This document shows, one piece after another, positions 38,351 to 47,794 of a DNA stretch of 64,000 nt (the stretch's first letter is position 1; every line of letters begins with the position of its first letter). The translations under genes and the position numbers were made by a program. The notes below the pieces were generated by a model. The model was not told the origin of the DNA, did no database searches, and was given only the letters and a program-made list of their open reading frames with translations. The DNA is from a virus (lineage: Duplodnaviria > Caudoviricetes), in IMG/VR virus record IMGVR_UViG_3300025098_005131. One strand, written 5' to 3'.

Positions 38351-38857
38351 TTGATGAAGAAGTTTATTGTATTATTGGTTACAGCATTTATGATGTCTGC
38401 TGCTGCAGTTCAAGCTAAGCCTAAAGAGTTATCTGGCCCTAGGCTAGGATTGACGTATATTACCCCTGGAGAAATAACAAATGAGATTGATGGAAGTTTC
38501 ATAACACAGTATGGCTGGCAATTTGAAACAAGATTTGTTTCTGGAGATGAGTTAGCTGGTTTAGTAGAGTGGGTGCTTTTAGCAGGTGGATTAGAGAAGG
38601 GATACGTATTACCATCAGTAACTTCTATAATTGGTTTAAGAGCTAAGAATGGTTTTGAAATAGGAGCTGGACCTAATTTATCTTTAGTGGGCGTTGGTTT
38701 AGCTTTTGCTATTGGATATAACTTTAGTATAGGAAGTTTAAATCTACCTTTAAACTTTTCTTGGGTGCCTTCAACACGAATTGAAGATGAGGATGATTCG
38801 TCTAAAACTCTTGATGCCGGGCATAGAGTTTCTTTAACTTTTGGGTTTAATATGTAG
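38351..38857 (+). CDS. Exported outer-membrane beta-barrel-like protein
   Basis: Signal peptide ending AVQA; alternating hydrophobic strands (QYGWQFE, FEIGAGPNL, VSLTFGFNM). Confidence 0.6.
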   Translation: MMKKFIVLLVTAFMMSAAAVQAKPKELSGPRLGLTYITPGEITNEIDGSFITQYGWQFETRFVSGDELAGLVEWVLLAGGLEKGYVLPSVTSIIGLRAKNGFEIGAGPNLSLVGVGLAFAIGYNFSIGSLNLPLNFSWVPSTRIEDEDDSSKTLDAGHRVSLTFGFNM

Positions 38858-38948
38858 AGTAATCTTAGCGTGTAATTAGGTTCAACTTTATATTATAATA
38901 TATCATAAGGTAAAAACAAACAATCAATCAATCAAAAGGAAAACAATA

Positions 38949-39185
38949 ATGAGTAACAAATATAGATTTGAAGAAATAAAAGAGCAAATCAAAGAACTAC
39001 TTGATGAGGCATTTGATCTTGTTCCTGATCATGCAAGAGCTCGAGCTGAGTCTTATTGGTATGCACACATATCTACAGCATTAGACGAAGATCATGGTTA
39101 TCTTGGTGGTAGTATGTGTAGCATGCAAGATACCTTGGAAGAGTTTGATGAAGAGGATGAAGAAGATGAAGAGGATGAAGACTAA
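38949..39185 (+). CDS. Small protein with highly acidic tail
   Basis: Ends EEFDEEDEEDEEDED; promoter 38870. Confidence 0.7.
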   Translation: MSNKYRFEEIKEQIKELLDEAFDLVPDHARARAESYWYAHISTALDEDHGYLGGSMCSMQDTLEEFDEEDEEDEEDED

Positions 39186-39347
39186 TGCTGTATACTGTTT
39201 GGGTTGGTGGACAAGAAGTTAATGATTATTACTTCGATAACATTACTAAAGCAAGACTTTTGGCAAGTAAATATGTTAACAAAGGATATACAGACGTGTG
39301 TATCGAAGCGTTTAAAAAAGAAACATTAAAAGAAAGAGATCAATAAT

Positions 39348-39566
39348 ATGCCAATGCCTAGAGAATATACTATTATTATGCGAGACTTAGTTGAAAACGA
39401 GGTCTTAGATCCTAAAGAAGTTTTGTTTAGCCTTCTAAACTGGTTGCCGGAAGATGATGTATATATGTTCAGTCAGGATGAATATGATGTAGCAACCAAT
39501 TCTGAGTATAAATCAAAGTATGACGCTTTGGATGCAAGCAATGAGGAAATAGAAGAATATGATTAA
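39348..39566 (+). CDS. Acidic hypothetical protein
   Basis: ORF track. Confidence 0.6.
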   Translation: MPMPREYTIIMRDLVENEVLDPKEVLFSLLNWLPEDDVYMFSQDEYDVATNSEYKSKYDALDASNEEIEEYD

Positions 39567-39750
39567 GAATCCTTTTAAGACTGGTGACATTATTAATTTT
39601 AGAAGTCTTTACTATGGTTTAATAGTTAAAGCGAAATACCATAATAGCTACATCTTTCTTGAGGTTTTAAATACAAGTAATCATGTTAGACAGCTTAATT
39701 TGACGCTTTTAGAAAATCATAATTACGCTTATAAAGTTATTAACGTGTAA
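39559..39750 (+). CDS. Small SH3-like hypothetical protein
   Basis: FKTGDIINF..YGLIV pattern. Confidence 0.5.
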   Translation: MIKNPFKTGDIINFRSLYYGLIVKAKYHNSYIFLEVLNTSNHVRQLNLTLLENHNYAYKVINV

Positions 39751-39818
39751 GTTAGATTAATTGTTGGTTATAATATATTATAAGGCAACAACAAACATTC
39801 ATTCAATAAGGACATAAT

Positions 39819-40028
39819 ATGTTTTTTATATTTACTCACAACGATCAAAAAGTTTTCGAAGGCATTTTAAAAGAAAATGCTTTCAAGATAAGCAAACATA
39901 TACAGAGTAATCCAAACGACAGCTTTTCGCTTAAGATTGTAAAGCCGCTTAAAACAAAAGTTAAAGTTCTTAAAGAGATAACAAACACATGTGACATCAC
40001 AGAGTATTGCTTGTATAGCTTAATGTAA
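39819..40028 (+). CDS. Hypothetical protein
   Basis: Promoter 39745; AAGGA SD. Confidence 0.65.
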   Translation: MFFIFTHNDQKVFEGILKENAFKISKHIQSNPNDSFSLKIVKPLKTKVKVLKEITNTCDITEYCLYSLM

Positions 40029-40114
40029 TACTCTTATCGTGTAACTTAGATTAATTTCATATTATAATATACCATAAGGTACATTCAATCATTCAATCAA
40101 AAAGGACATTTAAT

Positions 40115-40735
40115 ATGACACTTTCAAGAGATAAATACGTTCCAAATAGTTTAGAAAACATCGAAAAGCTTACACGAAAAATTTTGGAAAGCATGGATTT
40201 CGATACAATGCGGGAGTCAGCTTACCAAGGTTTAATTAATCATTATACTGATAATGATCAATGTTTTGTTGAGGATTATTATAAGACATTTTCAGACGAA
40301 GATCCTGAGTTAAACGGTTTTCAAGAAGAAGAAGCTGATAAGATAATTTACTATCATGGTCATCATTCCAATCCATGTGTAGTAGGAGAAATCCACAAGC
40401 ACGAAACTGTAAAAATGAGTGATGGTTCAATGCACAAGGGTATTGAAGTTATCATAATAACACATGACATTATATGTGAAGACTATGATGATAACCTTAG
40501 CGACATTACCAAAGTCTGGGATAGTCAAACGCAATCTGAAGTTTGTAACAGACGATATGATACAGATCCAGATACATGTGTTCACATTCCCCTAAATATA
40601 GGTGAACATACCAATTTAAGCAATCAAGTCCTCAAGCAAATTTTATTAAATAACAATGTAGAGTTTGTATCTTTTGGTCGTAAAGATGATCTAACAAGTC
40701 TCAGCAATTTCTTAAAGAACAATTTAGGAGCATAA
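40115..40735 (+). CDS. Two-domain hypothetical protein; C-terminal domain paralogous to 32342-32749
   Basis: Shared motifs listed under 32342; promoter 40039. Confidence 0.75.
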   Translation: MTLSRDKYVPNSLENIEKLTRKILESMDFDTMRESAYQGLINHYTDNDQCFVEDYYKTFSDEDPELNGFQEEEADKIIYYHGHHSNPCVVGEIHKHETVKMSDGSMHKGIEVIIITHDIICEDYDDNLSDITKVWDSQTQSEVCNRRYDTDPDTCVHIPLNIGEHTNLSNQVLKQILLNNNVEFVSFGRKDDLTSLSNFLKNNLGA

Positions 40736-40738
40736 GAT

Positions 40739-40939
40739 ATGAAGTTCTATGCTTATAAGCCTTCACCATATGGCCAAGAGCCGATTGGTAAGAATGGCAG
40801 AATTCTATTTAAAAGTAACACGAACGAAGACGCAATTAAACATACAGAAAGTATTCTTGGTAATAGATACATGCTGTTTAGTTATACTACTATCTATAAA
40901 GACAAAAAAAAGTATAAGCTTGTGATGGCTTCTGTTTAA
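40739..40939 (+). CDS. Hypothetical protein (similar to 46042-46257)
   Basis: KFYAY...FKS...AIK...GNRYMLFSY versus NYYAY...FKS...AIK...GKNKYKLFSF. Confidence 0.65.
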   Translation: MKFYAYKPSPYGQEPIGKNGRILFKSNTNEDAIKHTESILGNRYMLFSYTTIYKDKKKYKLVMASV

Positions 40940-40965
40940 AGTAATTAGGTTTGAAAGGATAAGAT

Positions 40966-41259
40966 ATGTTTCATTTTTCAGAGCAGTGGCGTATAAAACC
41001 TGAAAGAGAAGCTTTAATTGATCCAGCTGCAGACTTTGTTGGTGAGACTAAATTACTCAAGAAGCCTTCACTGAAAGATTTATATGACAAGGGTGTTAAG
41101 GTAAGAAGAAGTAGTTGGTGCAGAGGTGCTGCTGATATAGAAAACTATGCAAACAAAATGGAAGACATCACAGGTAAAAAAGAGTTCAGAGCATATCATT
41201 ATTTTGATAGCGAATATAAGATGTGGTGCACAGAGTACTATGAGTTAACGTATCCTTAG
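40966..41259 (+). CDS. Hypothetical protein
   Basis: ORF track; AAAGGA SD. Confidence 0.65.
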   Translation: MFHFSEQWRIKPEREALIDPAADFVGETKLLKKPSLKDLYDKGVKVRRSSWCRGAADIENYANKMEDITGKKEFRAYHYFDSEYKMWCTEYYELTYP

Positions 41260-41267
41260 GTAAATGT

Positions 41268-41570
41268 ATGAAGAAAATTAAAAGATTAAACAACGGTTTT
41301 ATTATCAGTAAATGGCGTTCTATGATTGGCAGTGAAAGAGAAGTTGAAGGCGAGTTAATATGCTATAGTAATCACAGTGGTAATCTTAAACTATATAATG
41401 ACGGAAGTATTTACTATTACAAGTTATTGATTGCTGATATTGTTGACGGGGTTCATACAGTCTATGATCACACAGCAACAGGTGGAAGCTTTGTGTCTAA
41501 AACTACAAGTCGTAGAGTAAATACTTTAAAAGAATACGCATTAAAGGTAGTAAGCTATAATGAAAAGTGA
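41268..41570 (+). CDS. Hypothetical protein
   Basis: ORF track. Confidence 0.6.
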   Translation: MKKIKRLNNGFIISKWRSMIGSEREVEGELICYSNHSGNLKLYNDGSIYYYKLLIADIVDGVHTVYDHTATGGSFVSKTTSRRVNTLKEYALKVVSYNEK

Positions 41571-41784
41571 CAAGATGAGTTTTTTTGGAGTTGAAGTTGA
41601 GAGAGACTGTATTACTAAGCTGCCTTCTTTTTTCAGGTATGATAACAGGAGATGGGATTACGCAATTAAGACTAATTCTGGAACCGCTAAAGATTTTGCA
41701 ATGAAACTGCAGTCTACAGGAATTTTCAGAACAGCACAAATTCCAGAATCTGGTGTCTGGATCATTAAAGAGATAAGACACTAA
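41560..41784 (+). CDS. Hypothetical protein
   Basis: ORF track. Confidence 0.6.
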   Translation: MKSDKMSFFGVEVERDCITKLPSFFRYDNRRWDYAIKTNSGTAKDFAMKLQSTGIFRTAQIPESGVWIIKEIRH

Positions 41785-41835
41785 TCGTGTAATTTAGATT
41801 CATTTTATATTATAATATACCATAAGGCAACAACA

Positions 41836-41931
41836 ATGATTTATATCACATCAGGAATCATTATATCGTTAATCGCTTACTCTTTCTATATTGTGTACAA
41901 TATATGCACAGGAAAAATCTACAGGAGATAA
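41836..41931 (+). CDS. 31-aa membrane micro-peptide
   Basis: MIYITSGIIISLIAYSFYIVYNICTGKIYRR*; directly after promoter 41787. Confidence 0.55.
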   Translation: MIYITSGIIISLIAYSFYIVYNICTGKIYRR

Positions 41932-41933
41932 AA

Positions 41934-42311
41934 ATGGAATCGATCACAGTCAAAGTAAATGTTAGTGACAATCCTTGGCTTGCAAACTATAAAGAGTTTT
42001 CTTTTTCCAAGGAAAAAATTGTGACCATTGCAAAAGATCTTGTAGTTGAATGCACAGGTAGAGACTATAAGGCTTCACACGATTACGGTAAACATGTTTC
42101 TTTTGTTATGGAAAAATCTTGGGATAACACATGTGGTTCGATCATACCTCTTTATAAAGCTTTACAAGTTGTTTTAAGAGAGTTGAAAAAACCTGATGAG
42201 GGTTGGAGTGGTGGTGCAACTGCTGCAATAAGATGTATTGAAAGAAGAATGGCTTACGCTACACCAGGCTTTATCGAAGCAAAAAGATATAATGAAATAT
42301 ACGGGAGTTAA
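41934..42311 (+). CDS. Hypothetical protein
   Basis: Likely start MESITV (AGGAG SD), within track ORF 41904-42311. Confidence 0.65.
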   Translation: MESITVKVNVSDNPWLANYKEFSFSKEKIVTIAKDLVVECTGRDYKASHDYGKHVSFVMEKSWDNTCGSIIPLYKALQVVLRELKKPDEGWSGGATAAIRCIERRMAYATPGFIEAKRYNEIYGS

Positions 42312-42334
42312 TATGAATAGTCGAGGTTTCTATA

Positions 42335-42544
42335 ATGGCTGATGATTTTGCTTTACTTTTTACAAGTCTTTGGTTTTTTTTATTGACAATCATGTTATCC
42401 ATTGCGAAAAACTTGTTTTGTTTTGAATGCATAGGCACTTTAAATACATCATTAATAGCTTTACTCTGCATCCTTTGCAGCCATGAAATTGCTGTTACAA
42501 TATCTTCGAGATTTTTCAAGGTGAATAAAAACCAAAAGAATTAA
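42335..42544 (+). CDS. Small membrane protein
   Basis: Two hydrophobic segments. Confidence 0.45.
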   Translation: MADDFALLFTSLWFFLLTIMLSIAKNLFCFECIGTLNTSLIALLCILCSHEIAVTISSRFFKVNKNQKN

Positions 42545-42626
42545 TTCTTCGTGTAAATTAGACCAAATACCAATTATAATATACCATAAGGTAACAACAA
42601 CAAATTTTTTAAAAAGGACATTAAAT

Positions 42627-43322
42627 ATGAACAACAACTTAATTGAAATTACAACTCCACTTCAATCTAAAAACGGAACTCGTATGTTTGAGTGCACTCG
42701 TACCGGAGCACATTACGGAAGTTACGCATCAGGTTACGTAAGAAGAAAAACTAACGGAAGTCACAATACTAAACGTTTTTACCAGTTAAACAAAAAGAAA
42801 AATTTCCCTGTGTTTAATGCTGCACTCAATATGACATTCAAAAATACGCAGCGTGTCATGATTGATACAGAAGAAGAAAGGCTTGCGCTTATTAATCAGC
42901 GAAGTTTAAAGTTTAAGTCTAATACACAACAAGTTAATACACAACAAGTTAATACACAACAAGTTAATACACAACAAGAAGAAGTTATGCTTAAAACTAA
43001 TACTACTACAAACACAAATCTTGATAAAAGTATATCTCATAGAAGCAGATCTTATGCTAATGCTAGAAAGAACTTGAAGTGGCCATCATACATTGTCCAG
43101 GTTGTTCACTCAAGTATGATGCTTAACGAAACACCTGGCATTATCGCAAGCCGTTTAGACCAGATGCTAACAGATATCCCAGGACATAGGTTTAATTTCA
43201 ACTCTCAGGAAGCAAAGATTGAAGCTATTCATAATGTCATGCAACACTTACAGTCTCGAGCTCGCCAATCTGTTAATCGTATGATTGATCACATTGATAA
43301 TGTAGATAGAACTAGAGGATAG
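42627..43322 (+). CDS. Two-domain hypothetical protein with NTQQV linker repeat; N-terminal domain similar to 48948-49334
   Basis: QSKNGTRMF...HYGSYASGYVRR versus QLKNGTIQF...YYTTHRNGNINR. Confidence 0.75.
   Translation: MNNNLIEITTPLQSKNGTRMFECTRTGAHYGSYASGYVRRKTNGSHNTKRFYQLNKKKNFPVFNAALNMTFKNTQRVMIDTEEERLALINQRSLKFKSNTQQVNTQQVNTQQVNTQQEEVMLKTNTTTNTNLDKSISHRSRSYANARKNLKWPSYIVQVVHSSMMLNETPGIIASRLDQMLTDIPGHRFNFNSQEAKIEAIHNVMQHLQSRARQSVNRMIDHIDNVDRTRG
42921..42978 (+). repeat. 15-bp tandem coding repeat (NTQQV), about 3.9 copies
   Basis: AATACACAACAAGTT x3 plus AATACACAACAAG. Confidence 0.95.
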
Positions 43323-43343
43323 AACTAGAGGATAGAACTAGAG
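43305..43343 (+). repeat. 13-bp tandem repeat x3 across a stop codon
   Basis: GATAGAACTAGAG x3. Confidence 0.95.
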
Positions 43344-43427
43344 AGATTCTCTTGCGTGCAACTTAGATTAAATTCATATTATAATATACCATAAGGCAAC
43401 AACAATTAATCATTCAAAAGGTCTTAA

Positions 43428-43703
43428 ATGAAAAACAATTATTCAGCAAGCTTGGCATCTGATGTGATAAGAGGTAGCAGAAATTTAGGTAGAAATAGAG
43501 AACTAAATAATCTATCTTCAGATGACTTAATTAACTTAATTAAAGACTACGTTAACAAGTACGGTCAGCCTGAAAATTATAATGGCATGTTGGTTTGGTC
43601 AAATGTTTCAGGTAACACTTATAGTTTAAGTGCCTATAAAAACAACAAGCCTTTCAATCCAGAAGAATTAAATCTAAATAATGCTCTCTTAAGTGTAACT
43701 TAG
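43428..43703 (+). CDS. Hypothetical protein
   Basis: Flanked by near-identical promoter repeats at 43356 and 43693. Confidence 0.65.
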   Translation: MKNNYSASLASDVIRGSRNLGRNRELNNLSSDDLINLIKDYVNKYGQPENYNGMLVWSNVSGNTYSLSAYKNNKPFNPEELNLNNALLSVT

Positions 43704-43766
43704 ATCAACTTCATATTATAATATACCATAAGGCAACAACAATTAATCATTCAAAAGGACTTTATT

Positions 43767-44534
43767 ATGAATACCAACATTCAAAACATCAATACTAATA
43801 ATAACAACCAGCCTGTAGGGGTTTCCATGAACACAACAAATTCTTTGATTCAAGCACTTGTTACTCACTTTAATGATAATCCTCAAGGATTTACTTCTTA
43901 TCGAAAAGAAATTGAAAGCCTTCTCAAGGAAAATATCAAGCCTATTGCTTCTCGCAGTTCTAAAGTTGGTGATAACTGGCGTGCTGATCTTAAATCCAAG
44001 TTCAGCGGCCGAGGTGCTAAATGGGTCTTTGTTTCGCTTGAAAGCATCGAACAAACACTCGTTCAGCTTGAAACTAACGGCATTGATTGCGCTGACTATC
44101 GTAAAAACGTTGTGAAGCTTGGTAAGGCTTGGGTTCGATTTAATGGTGCTCGGGTTGACAGTGGTATTAAATGTGCTGCATTTGAAGTTCGTACTGAAGG
44201 CTCAACCATTGATCACCCCAAGCAGGTTCATATGATTAATGTTGATGACTTGGATGATTTAATTGAGGTTATGCCTGGTACGCCAAAAGGTTTAAAGCTT
44301 GAAGAAGACGCAGCTCCAATGCCTAGAATTTCTAAGTCTAAAGTAGAGAACAAACCAAAATCAAAACCAGCTGTTAGCGAGCTTGAAGCTTTAAGTGAAG
44401 AAATTAATCTAGAGCTTCGAGAGCCAGAACTAAATGACACTCCAGAAAGTAACGATCCTGCAGACTGGGAAGCATTCTTAGCTTCAGAAGGTCTTATTGA
44501 TGATGACTTTGATATGATTGATGACGAGATCTAA
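43767..44534 (+). CDS. Unknown 'GRGAKW' family, paralog C, acidic tail
   Basis: KFSGRGAKWVFV; GKAWVRF; FEVRTEGSTIDHPKQVH; ends DDDFDMIDDEI. Confidence 0.85.
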   Translation: MNTNIQNINTNNNNQPVGVSMNTTNSLIQALVTHFNDNPQGFTSYRKEIESLLKENIKPIASRSSKVGDNWRADLKSKFSGRGAKWVFVSLESIEQTLVQLETNGIDCADYRKNVVKLGKAWVRFNGARVDSGIKCAAFEVRTEGSTIDHPKQVHMINVDDLDDLIEVMPGTPKGLKLEEDAAPMPRISKSKVENKPKSKPAVSELEALSEEINLELREPELNDTPESNDPADWEAFLASEGLIDDDFDMIDDEI

Positions 44535-44607
44535 TACATAATACATGTCTTGCGTGTCCTACCCCTTGTCCCGTCAAGCCCGTTCTCTTTTTGTGTTCGG
44601 CAAATAT

Positions 44608-44680
44608 CCTCTTGTAGCTCAGTGGTAAGAGCAGTATTCTTAAAAAGTAAAGGTCGGCAGTTCAATCCTGCCCAAGAGGT
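44608..44680 (+). tRNA. Atypical tRNA, anticodon TAA but short variable loop (possible pseudo-tRNA)
   Basis: Acceptor CCTCTTG/CAAGAGG; D arm GCTC/GAGC; T arm GGCAG-TTCAATC-CTGCC; loop CTTAAAA; weak anticodon stem; U73. Confidence 0.7.
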
Positions 44681-44730
44681 CTCTGTTTTACGACAGGATT
44701 AATCTTATTCAATACAAAGGAAATTATATT

Positions 44731-44925
44731 ATGAATCATTCTACATACACTACATTCAATAATCAAGCAAACGTTCTAGTTGTATACTCAGCTGTGTCTC
44801 ATGTTATTAATGACAAAAGCGAAGGCTGTTGGATTTGGTTCCATAGTGGTAAGTGTGTTCACGTCGCTGAATCGATGAGCGATGTAACAGCTGATGTTGG
44901 TGACTACCTTGACACTTTAAAATAG
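44731..44925 (+). CDS. Hypothetical protein
   Basis: ORF track; AAAGGA SD. Confidence 0.65.
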   Translation: MNHSTYTTFNNQANVLVVYSAVSHVINDKSEGCWIWFHSGKCVHVAESMSDVTADVGDYLDTLK

Positions 44926-44932
44926 GAGACAC

Positions 44933-45211
44933 ATGAAAACACTCATGCTTTCAGCTTTGCTTGTAATATGCGGTTGCAATTTTAAAGAGCCACGTCGCGA
45001 CGGCAAGACTAAAATCCCAGTTTTTAAAGTTATATGTAAACACCCACATAAAGGTTACGTATCTTATTTTGTCAAAGATGTTTACAAAAATATAAGACCA
45101 TATAAACATAGAAACTCTATCTGGTTTTTTAGAGATATCAATGGTGTTTTAGTTGAATCTAGTCTAGGGTGTTATACAGACTCCACCATGAAAGGCTTTA
45201 TGAAAAAATGA
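44933..45211 (+). CDS. Lipoprotein (paralog of 35380-35622)
   Basis: Lipobox ICGC; ICKHP...WFFRDING...SSLGC. Confidence 0.7.
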   Translation: MKTLMLSALLVICGCNFKEPRRDGKTKIPVFKVICKHPHKGYVSYFVKDVYKNIRPYKHRNSIWFFRDINGVLVESSLGCYTDSTMKGFMKK

Positions 45212-45996
45212 AATTACTAACAGTAAAAAGCTCTTTTGTGTTAAACAGTAAAGATTTAAATTGTATTGTGCCAGTAGGTGCTAAACTCAATTATATTAAG
45301 GAAACATATCACTTTTATCATGCTTATTATGAGTCACATAATTACAAGGCAGCTGCTGTGTATAAAGAAAAAGAGTTAGAATTAAGAGTTCATAGAGTTC
45401 ATGGGTCAAAAAGTTTTAAGATCTTAGACTGCAAGCCTACACATGGTGATAAAAGCAAAGCATACTGGCAGGACTTATTTGAAGAAGAGTGCCCGTTGGA
45501 GATTAGGTAGTTTTATGATAATCAATGAAGATTTACAAAGCATTGTAACTATTATACTTTTAATCTGTGCAGTATTTATGACTTTTTATCTTGTCGTCAT
45601 TTTTCCAACTTATTTCGCCGGATTCTTTTTTGGTCTATTGTTCTACTCTTTTATAGATGCGTTTATAAAGAAAGATCTGTAAGGTAAATGAAATTGGAAG
45701 CCTTCAAAGTAAAAAGTTTAATAACACTAAGAAAAGATATGGGTAGCTTTCCTTTAGCAAACCAGTTACCTGACTTTACAAAGAAGTTTGATGTTATTCC
45801 TTACTATCTAGGACCACATCATGATGGCTTTGCGCTAGAAGATGACACTTTACTTATCTTAGAAACTTTTACGCAGAAGAGAAAGTCTATGCCTTACGCT
45901 TATAAATGTTTATTTAAAGACAGAATAGTTTATCTTGTTCATATGCAAGCAGAAAGAATAGATCCTAATATATGTTTTGTCACGTGTAATAAATAA
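45169..45996 (+). CDS. Run of three small hypothetical ORFs (about 45208-45510, 45515-45682 membrane, 45688-45996)
   Basis: ORF track; closely packed on the plus strand; starts approximate. Confidence 0.5.
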
Positions 45997-46041
45997 AATT
46001 ATTGTTTATAATATAAAGTCAGGAAAAAAAGGAGAATAAAT

Positions 46042-46257
46042 TTGATAAATTATTATGCATATTCAGGTGATAAAACTCTTGAAGAAAGTAGAAAGTCTGA
46101 TATTAATTCAACTAACTTTAAATCAGGAAGCAGCGATTTTGCAATAAAACTTTGCAATAAAAAATTCGGAAAGAATAAATATAAATTGTTTTCATTCAAA
46201 AACTTTAACGACTTAACAACTTTTGATCAAATTATTCAGGAGGCAAAATGTTCATAA
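46042..46257 (+). CDS. Hypothetical protein (similar to 40739-40939)
   Basis: Shared motifs listed under 40739; promoter 45984. Confidence 0.65.
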   Translation: MINYYAYSGDKTLEESRKSDINSTNFKSGSSDFAIKLCNKKFGKNKYKLFSFKNFNDLTTFDQIIQEAKCS

Positions 46258-46753
46258 CAGACTTTTACGAGATCGCTGACGGCGCCGAACAAGAAATCGG
46301 AGTCAACATGTATTTAGACATAATTTTCAGTGATGAATTAAACAAGTATTTTAATTATAAGTACAATTATGACGATGATGTTATTACCTTAAACTTCGAA
46401 GTTGAAAAAGGCTCAGCGTCTATTGATATAGTTAATGCTCAATCACCAAATTATAGTTATCGTTTTAACAATATTTTTGAAAAACATATCGAGAGTGAGT
46501 GATAGATGTTATGTCAATATCTAAAAAACTTTGCAAAATAAGAATTGTTACTGATTGTACAGAATCTGGTAGAGAAGATATAAACGAAGAATCTCTAATT
46601 AAAGTTATAGACTTGAAAACTATCTATTATGATTTGAAAAGTAGTTCAAAAACAATCTTGGAAGATAAAAGATTAACAGCAGTCAACGAAAACAGACTTT
46701 TGTCAATTCTTATCTTAGACCAAAATATTGACTGGAGCAAAATAATTTCTTGA
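46248..46753 (+). CDS. Two small hypothetical ORFs (46248-46502, 46499-46753)
   Basis: ORF track; overlapping stop and start. Confidence 0.55.
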
Positions 46754-47025
46754 AAAGGAATGATAGTTTTTTAGATATTGACATTGTCAAATACGCATTT
46801 TTCATTTGGTCGTTAAGCTTTTGTACTTGGCTAATTGAAATTAACTTTAAAATAGAAAGACTTTTAGCAGGAGCCTTTGTGTTCTTAGCTTTAATTTTAT
46901 TTCTAATTGTTAGGAGACTTTTGTGAGTTGTTATTACGACTACTTTGTTGGAGCATGTATTTGTGAAGAAAAAATTGAACAGATACCTTTAAGCCAACTT
47001 TTTACTTTTGCAATGGAGTTGCTTA

Positions 47026-47322
47026 ATGTATAAATTAACATTACTATTAGCAAGTGCTTTTTTAATATTAGACGGATGCACAGATGCTGAATTTAGTAGA
47101 TATACAACGTTCGGACAGCGTGCTGAAATTATTTGTCGTAGTGGCGGCAAGATTACTTTTCATGGGATATCTACAGGCAAGGTATCTAATGAAAAAAATA
47201 GTGATGGTTACTTTGCCAAGTGGGAAGTAATTTCAGCACCTGATTACAGGCATGCAAAGCCAGGAGACGTTACTCCTGCAACGCTTTCAAGCGACTGTGA
47301 TATAATTTATATAGAAGACTAA
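47026..47322 (+). CDS. Lipoprotein (similar to 31746-32045)
   Basis: Likely start MYKLT; lipobox LDGC; ICRSGG...LSSDC. Confidence 0.65.
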   Translation: MYKLTLLLASAFLILDGCTDAEFSRYTTFGQRAEIICRSGGKITFHGISTGKVSNEKNSDGYFAKWEVISAPDYRHAKPGDVTPATLSSDCDIIYIED

Positions 47323-47345
47323 AAACAAAAACAAGGACTTATTTA

Positions 47346-47720
47346 GTGACATTTAGAAATATGTTTGCCCTACTTCTCTCTCTACAATATGGCTGTGAAG
47401 CTGATTCTAAATCTACAAGTCATATAGAATTTTTAAAAGATTCCGGTTACAAACGTTTATCATGTAATCTGGCATATAATAACACAGTTAATTCATATGA
47501 CTTTACTGCTGAAGTTGTTCCTGTTTCTAATAACTTAGAAATGCTCTTAGCAAGATGCAGTAAAAATGGATGTGATTTTAAAGTAATAAAAGATAATTCT
47601 ACGCCAAACAAGATTTTGTGTCAAAGGTATTATAACAACGACAGCTTTGATTCTGAGTTCGACAAAGATCAATTAGTCTTAACCTTTAATACAAAATATT
47701 TCTTAGATATAAAAGAATAA
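47346..47720 (+). CDS. Lipoprotein
   Basis: Lipobox-like QYGC; four further Cys. Confidence 0.6.
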   Translation: MTFRNMFALLLSLQYGCEADSKSTSHIEFLKDSGYKRLSCNLAYNNTVNSYDFTAEVVPVSNNLEMLLARCSKNGCDFKVIKDNSTPNKILCQRYYNNDSFDSEFDKDQLVLTFNTKYFLDIKE

Positions 47721-47794
47721 TATAAAGTGTAAATTATCAAATAATAAATTATAATATATTATAATAAATAAAAAACAAATTTAGGAGCAAATAC

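Larger units (their letters stand above)
32270..43722 (+). promoter_or_regulatory. GTGTAA-N18-TATAAT promoter repeats, block 2 (14 copies, most with a TWAGAT-like box)
   Basis: -35 starts: 32270 (GTGTAT), 32750 (GTGTAG), 33340, 33793, 34658, 35669, 37794, 38870, 39745, 40039, 41787, 42551, 43356 (GTGCAA), 43693. All have 18-bp spacers. Confidence 0.9.

Noticed and set aside
44608-44680. Ochre suppressor tRNA or stop-codon reassignment
   Set aside because: Stem register places TAA, not TTA, at 34-36. Genes across the window end in TAA, TAG and TGA with normal packing, so the standard code fits.
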